From: Methanobacteriota archaeon | GTDB taxonomy: Archaea > Halobacteriota > Methanomicrobia > Methanomicrobiales > Methanospirillaceae | Reading direction: 5' to 3' | DNA: 53,888 bases | Assembly (NCBI GenBank): GCA_029547145.1 | Contig: JAKPPV010000043.1 | Coordinates: 1-53,888 of the forward strand | Shown: positions 50,139-53,888 of the stretch, piece by piece | Layout of the letters: the number at the start of each line of letters is the position of its first letter | How positions within the stretch are numbered: the first letter of the stretch is position 1 | Translations under genes and position numbers: made by a program | The notes under the pieces: model-generated | Databases searched by the model: none | What the model was told of the DNA's origin: nothing | What the model saw: only the letters and a program-made list of their open reading frames with translations

Positions 50139-50194
50139 GCATCTCTGCACCGGTTATTGGAAAAGATCGCCTCCTTGAGATGGCACAGGAGAAG

Positions 50195-50217
50195 CTCCAC
50201 TGGAAATGTAGGGGTTC
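50195..50217 (+). promoter_or_regulatory. ORB 4
   Basis: CTCCACTGGAAATGTAGGGGTTC. A further mini-ORB TTCCAGTG lies at ~50276, just before the orc1 ATG. Confidence 0.6.
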
Positions 50218-50281
50218 ACCGGACCCCGATTCCCGCGCTGGCACACCTTAATAGACTCCGAATGCACATGTACAACTTCCA

Positions 50282-51586
50282 GTGCACATGACCCAGGACC
50301 CCCTGCCCACGGAGAACCCCTCCCTCGGTCTCTTCAAGAAGTATCTGACCGAGCATGCGCGGATCTTCAGGAACCGGGAGGTGCTGCGCCATTCGTACCG
50401 TCCACAGATTCTACCCCACCGGATGCCCCAGATCAACGAGATCGCCTCGATCCTTGCCCCCTCCCTCCGGAACGAGACCCCGTCCAACATCCTGATCTAC
50501 GGAAAGACCGGCACGGGCAAGACCGCGTGCGTCCGGTACGTCGGGAGCGAGCTCGAATCGGCCTCGACCCAGACCTCGCTCTGCACGGTGGTGCACATCA
50601 ACTGCGAGGTGATCGACACCCAGTACCGGGTGCTCGCGCAGATCGCCAAGGAGATCGAGCACCCGGAGGAGATGTCGTCCGACAAGCTCCGACCCCACAT
50701 CCCGATGACCGGCTGGCCGACCGATCAGGTCTACCTCGAGCTGATAAACCAGCTCGATGCGCGGGGCGGCGTGCTCGTGATCGTGCTCGACGAGATCGAC
50801 AAGCTCGTAAAAAAGAGCGGGGACGACACCCTCTATAGCCTGACCCGGATCAACTCGGACCTGAAGTCCTCCAAGGTCTGCATCATCGGGATCTCGAACG
50901 ACCTCTCCTTCAAGGACTTCCTCGACCCCCGGGTCCTCTCCTCGCTCTCCGAGGAGGAGATCGTCTTTCCCCCCTACAACGCCCCGCAGCTCTGCGACAT
51001 CCTCCAGCAGCGGGCGGAGCAGGCGTTCATGGTGGACACCCTGGAGGAGGGGGTGATCCCGCTCTGCGCGGCCCTTGCGGCGCAGGAGCACGGCGATGCC
51101 CGCCGGGCCCTCGACCTCCTCCGGATCTCGGGAGAACTCGCCGAGCGCGAGTCCGCCCACTCGGTCACGGAACGCCACGTCAAGATGGCCCAGGCGAAGA
51201 TCGAGACCGACTCGATGATCGAGTGCATCTCCACCCTGCCGACCCAGTCGAAGGTCGTGCTCTACTCGATGATCCTGCTCGAGCAGCTCGGACAGGCGAT
51301 CTTCACCTCGGGCGAGGTCTGCCGGGTCTACCAGGAGGTGGCGGCAGCGCTCGACCTGGACGTCCTGACCAACCGGCGGATCACCGATCTTATCAGCGAG
51401 CTGAACATGCTCGGGGTGATCAATACCCGTGTCGTCTCCCGCGGGCGCTATGGGCGGACCAAGGAGATGTGGTTCGACGCGAACTCGGGCAAGATCCAGG
51501 AGGTCATCGAGAAGGACCCGCGGTTGAACGAACAGGGGCTCGCCCAGATGGACAGGACCTGGATCAAGAAGACCCTCCGGTGGTGA
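50282..51586 (+). CDS. orc1: Orc1/Cdc6 replication initiator (AAA+ ATPase plus winged helix)
   Basis: 434 aa. Walker A GKTGTGKT, Walker B VLVIVLDEID. C-terminal wH domain. Positioned directly downstream of ORB/DUE elements. Confidence 0.9.
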   Translation: MHMTQDPLPTENPSLGLFKKYLTEHARIFRNREVLRHSYRPQILPHRMPQINEIASILAPSLRNETPSNILIYGKTGTGKTACVRYVGSELESASTQTSLCTVVHINCEVIDTQYRVLAQIAKEIEHPEEMSSDKLRPHIPMTGWPTDQVYLELINQLDARGGVLVIVLDEIDKLVKKSGDDTLYSLTRINSDLKSSKVCIIGISNDLSFKDFLDPRVLSSLSEEEIVFPPYNAPQLCDILQQRAEQAFMVDTLEEGVIPLCAALAAQEHGDARRALDLLRISGELAERESAHSVTERHVKMAQAKIETDSMIECISTLPTQSKVVLYSMILLEQLGQAIFTSGEVCRVYQEVAAALDLDVLTNRRITDLISELNMLGVINTRVVSRGRYGRTKEMWFDANSGKIQEVIEKDPRLNEQGLAQMDRTWIKKTLRW

Positions 51587-51594
51587 AGGGAATC

Positions 51595-52089
51595 ATGGAC
51601 GCAACCGATACTGCACTCGTACGCCTGCTCGAAGAGAACAGCCGCATCCCGGCGACGGAACTCGCCGCAATGCTCTCGATCCCGGCCGAAGAGGTCGAGG
51701 AACGGATCCGCGCCCTCCAGGCGGAGGGCATCATCCGCCGTTTCACCGCGGTCGTGGACCGGGCCCGCTCCGGAGAGGCGGAGGTCTCGGCGATCATCGA
51801 GCTGAAGGTCTCACCCGAGCGCGATCACGGCTACGACCGGCTGGCGGAGCGGATCGCCCGGTTCGACGAGGTCCGGTCGGTCCGGCTGATCACCGGTACC
51901 TACGACCTCCACGTCCTGGTGACGGGGCGGGACATGCAGGAGATCGCCCGGTTCGTCTCCGAGCATATCGCCCCGATGGAACGGATCCGCGAGACCGCGA
52001 CGCACATCATCATGAAGTCGTACAAGGAGAACGGGGCGCTCATGGTCGGGCGCGACGGTGGCGGCGACCGGCAGCCGTTCTCGTTCTGA
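51595..52089 (+). CDS. Lrp/AsnC-family transcriptional regulator
   Basis: 164 aa from MDATDTALVRLLEENSRIPATELAAMLSIPAEEVEERIRALQAEGII (HTH), followed by a RAM domain. The ORF-track 5' extension overlaps orc1 and was trimmed. Confidence 0.8.
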   Translation: MDATDTALVRLLEENSRIPATELAAMLSIPAEEVEERIRALQAEGIIRRFTAVVDRARSGEAEVSAIIELKVSPERDHGYDRLAERIARFDEVRSVRLITGTYDLHVLVTGRDMQEIARFVSEHIAPMERIRETATHIIMKSYKENGALMVGRDGGGDRQPFSF

Positions 52090-52104
52090 GCGGAGGGCCG
52101 GACG

Positions 52105-53307
52105 ATGCGCGACCACGTCTCACGGGCGGCACGGACGATCCCTCCGTCGGGGATCCGGCGGTTCTTCGACCTGGTACAGACCATGGACGACGTGATCAGC
52201 CTGGGCGTCGGGGAGCCCGACTTCTCGACGCCGTGGAAGGCGATCGATGCCTGCATGGTTGCCCTCGAGCAGGGCCAGACCTCGTATACCTCGAACCGGG
52301 GCATGCCGGCCCTCCGGGAACGGATTGCGGACGACCTCGCACGCGACTACGGGCTCTGCTACGACCCCGAGACCGAGATGATCATCACCACCGGCGTCTC
52401 CGAGGGTCTCGACATCGCGATCCGGGCGGTGACGGACCCGGGGGACGAGGTGCTGATCGCCCAGCCGTCGTACGTCAGCTACGCCCCCTGCGTCACCCTT
52501 GCGGGCGGCGTCCCGGTGCCCGTCCCGTGCCTGGAGCGGGACCGGTTCCGCCTGACCGCCGGGCAGCTGATGGAGCGGGTGACACCGAGGACGAAGGCGC
52601 TCGTGATCAACTTCCCGAACAACCCGACGGGGGCCGTCATGACCGCGTCCGACCTCCGGGAGGTCGCGGATGTGGTGGAGGACCACGACCTGGTCCTCCT
52701 CTCGGACGAGGTCTACGCGGAGCTGAGCTACGAGCAGCCCCACGTCCCCGCGGCGACGATCGGCGCCCTGCGGGAGCGGACGATCACCCTGAACGGGTTC
52801 TCGAAGGCCTACGCGATGACCGGGTGGCGGATCGGGTACCTCTGCGCCCCGCCGGCGCTCGCGGACGCCGCGCTGAAGATCCACCAGTACGTGATGCTCT
52901 GCGCCCCGAGCATGGGCCAGGTGGCGGCGCTCGCGGCGCTCCGCTCGGCCCGGGCCGAGAAGGACGCGATGGTGGAGGCCTATCGCCTCCGCCGGAACCT
53001 CTTCGTCGAGGGGCTGAACCGGGCGGGGCTCCCGTGCCACCTCCCGGAGGGGGCGTTCTACGCGTTCCCGTCGGTCGCCCCGACCGGGCTCTCCGACGTC
53101 GCCTTCGCCGAGCAGCTCCTCGCCGAGGAGCACGTCGCGGTCGTCCCGGGCTCGGTCTTCGGCGAGGGCGGTGCCGGGCACCTCCGGTGTGCCTACGCGG
53201 TCTCCCGCGAGGACCTGGTCGAGGCGGTCAACCGGATCGAGCGGTTCGTCTCGTCGCTCACGGACCGCCCGTCACAGGCGGTCGGGGTCCGGCAGCGGGC
53301 CACCTGA
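52105..53307 (+). CDS. PLP-dependent aminotransferase, class I (aspartate aminotransferase-like)
   Basis: 400 aa. Internal motifs GEPDF, NPTG and SKAYAMTGWRIGY (PLP lysine in the SKAY context). Confidence 0.85.
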   Translation: MRDHVSRAARTIPPSGIRRFFDLVQTMDDVISLGVGEPDFSTPWKAIDACMVALEQGQTSYTSNRGMPALRERIADDLARDYGLCYDPETEMIITTGVSEGLDIAIRAVTDPGDEVLIAQPSYVSYAPCVTLAGGVPVPVPCLERDRFRLTAGQLMERVTPRTKALVINFPNNPTGAVMTASDLREVADVVEDHDLVLLSDEVYAELSYEQPHVPAATIGALRERTITLNGFSKAYAMTGWRIGYLCAPPALADAALKIHQYVMLCAPSMGQVAALAALRSARAEKDAMVEAYRLRRNLFVEGLNRAGLPCHLPEGAFYAFPSVAPTGLSDVAFAEQLLAEEHVAVVPGSVFGEGGAGHLRCAYAVSREDLVEAVNRIERFVSSLTDRPSQAVGVRQRAT

Positions 53308-53321
53308 TCGACCTGCGCCCC

Positions 53322-53690
53322 CTATGTCCGGAGGGCGAGGTCGATCGCGACCCGCAGGTCGTCGTCTCCGAACGGCTTGATGATGAAGCCGTCCGGTTTC
53401 GTCGCCTTTGCCCGCTCGAGGGTCGGGCCGTCGGAGTGGGAGGTGACGTAGACGACCGGAATGTTGAACCCCCTCTTGATCATCGACGCCGTCTCGATCC
53501 CATCGATCTCGCCCCGGATGTTGATGTCCATCAGGACCAGGTCGGGTTTGCTGCGGACGATCAACTCCATCGCCTCCGCCCCCGTCGACGCCCGGCCGCT
53601 CACCGTGTAACCGAGGTTTTTTAACCGCCAGTCCGGCACTCTCGCGATGATATCGTCGTCCTCGACGACCAGTATGGCTCCCTTCGACAT
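53322..53690 (-). CDS. Single-domain response regulator (CheY-like receiver)
   Basis: MSKGAILVVEDDDIIARV...LVLMDINI...GFIIKPF. An alternative upstream start at 53738 adds 16 aa. The AT-rich promoter-like region 53740-53888 follows. Confidence 0.75.
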   Translation of the reverse strand: MSKGAILVVEDDDIIARVPDWRLKNLGYTVSGRASTGAEAMELIVRSKPDLVLMDINIRGEIDGIETASMIKRGFNIPVVYVTSHSDGPTLERAKATKPDGFIIKPFGDDDLRVAIDLALRT

Positions 53691-53888
53691 CGTCCGTACA
53701 ACCCCCCGGTCCCGGCGTACTCTATCCTCCGCCTCCATTCAACATTAGAGAATAGCTAAGAACTCTCATTTTACCCGTTCAAGCTGAGGATGCCGGTTCA
53801 CTCCAGGTCGTTTTCTCTTTTTACCGCTCCAGAATGTATCTCGGTATCATCTGATCGCGAAAGCTATCGCTCATGAGATATCGTTCGT

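Overview
This window is a high-GC (~68-70%) archaeal chromosomal segment; the gene content suggests a euryarchaeon, probably a methanogen of the Methanomicrobia, but this is inference only. The many long ORFs on the six-frame track are mostly GC-driven artefacts antisense to real genes. Genes were picked by recognisable protein families, third-position GC bias and ATGA/GTGA start-stop coupling.

Main contents:
- **Origin of replication (49.1-50.3 kb).** A chromosomal origin lies immediately upstream of orc1/cdc6. It carries four canonical ORB boxes, an AT-rich DUE and an unusual spacer-less array of seven 43-bp ORB-like direct repeats.
- **Information-processing block.** tyrS, rio1, a KH/Dim2-like gene, hel308 and cgi121, followed by moaB on the opposite strand.
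- **Metabolism.** An iorAB operon with a tRNA-Ile(GAU) downstream. A nadX-nadC operon. An amt-glnK operon, plus a second glnK-less amt paralog; the two amt genes bracket an MFS (oxalate/formate-type) transporter and acetyl-CoA synthetase. A type-II GAPDH.
- **DNA ligase operon.** An ATP-dependent DNA ligase in a tightly coupled operon with an MBL hydrolase and an M28 peptidase.
- **NreA.** An NreA-like protein in a small operon with a Zn-ribbon peptide.
- **Signalling.** Two large PAS-rich sensor kinases (one an RR-hybrid), one of them with TM helices.
- **Secreted proteins.** A subtilisin and an NHL-repeat protein in tandem, sharing near-identical C-terminal PKD modules. A glycoside hydrolase with dockerin-like repeats.

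The most novel-looking locus is at 0.4-5.3 kb. It is a five-gene cluster of zinc-ribbon-decorated proteins: an SPFH/band-7 protein with a double Zn ribbon, a TPR-Zn-ribbon protein, a Zn-ribbon protein of unknown fold, and two divergently arranged paralogs of an uncharacterised domain (one fused to a double Zn ribbon). It resembles a PspA-less YdjGHI-like membrane-associated module.

No transposases, integrases or CRISPR arrays were seen.
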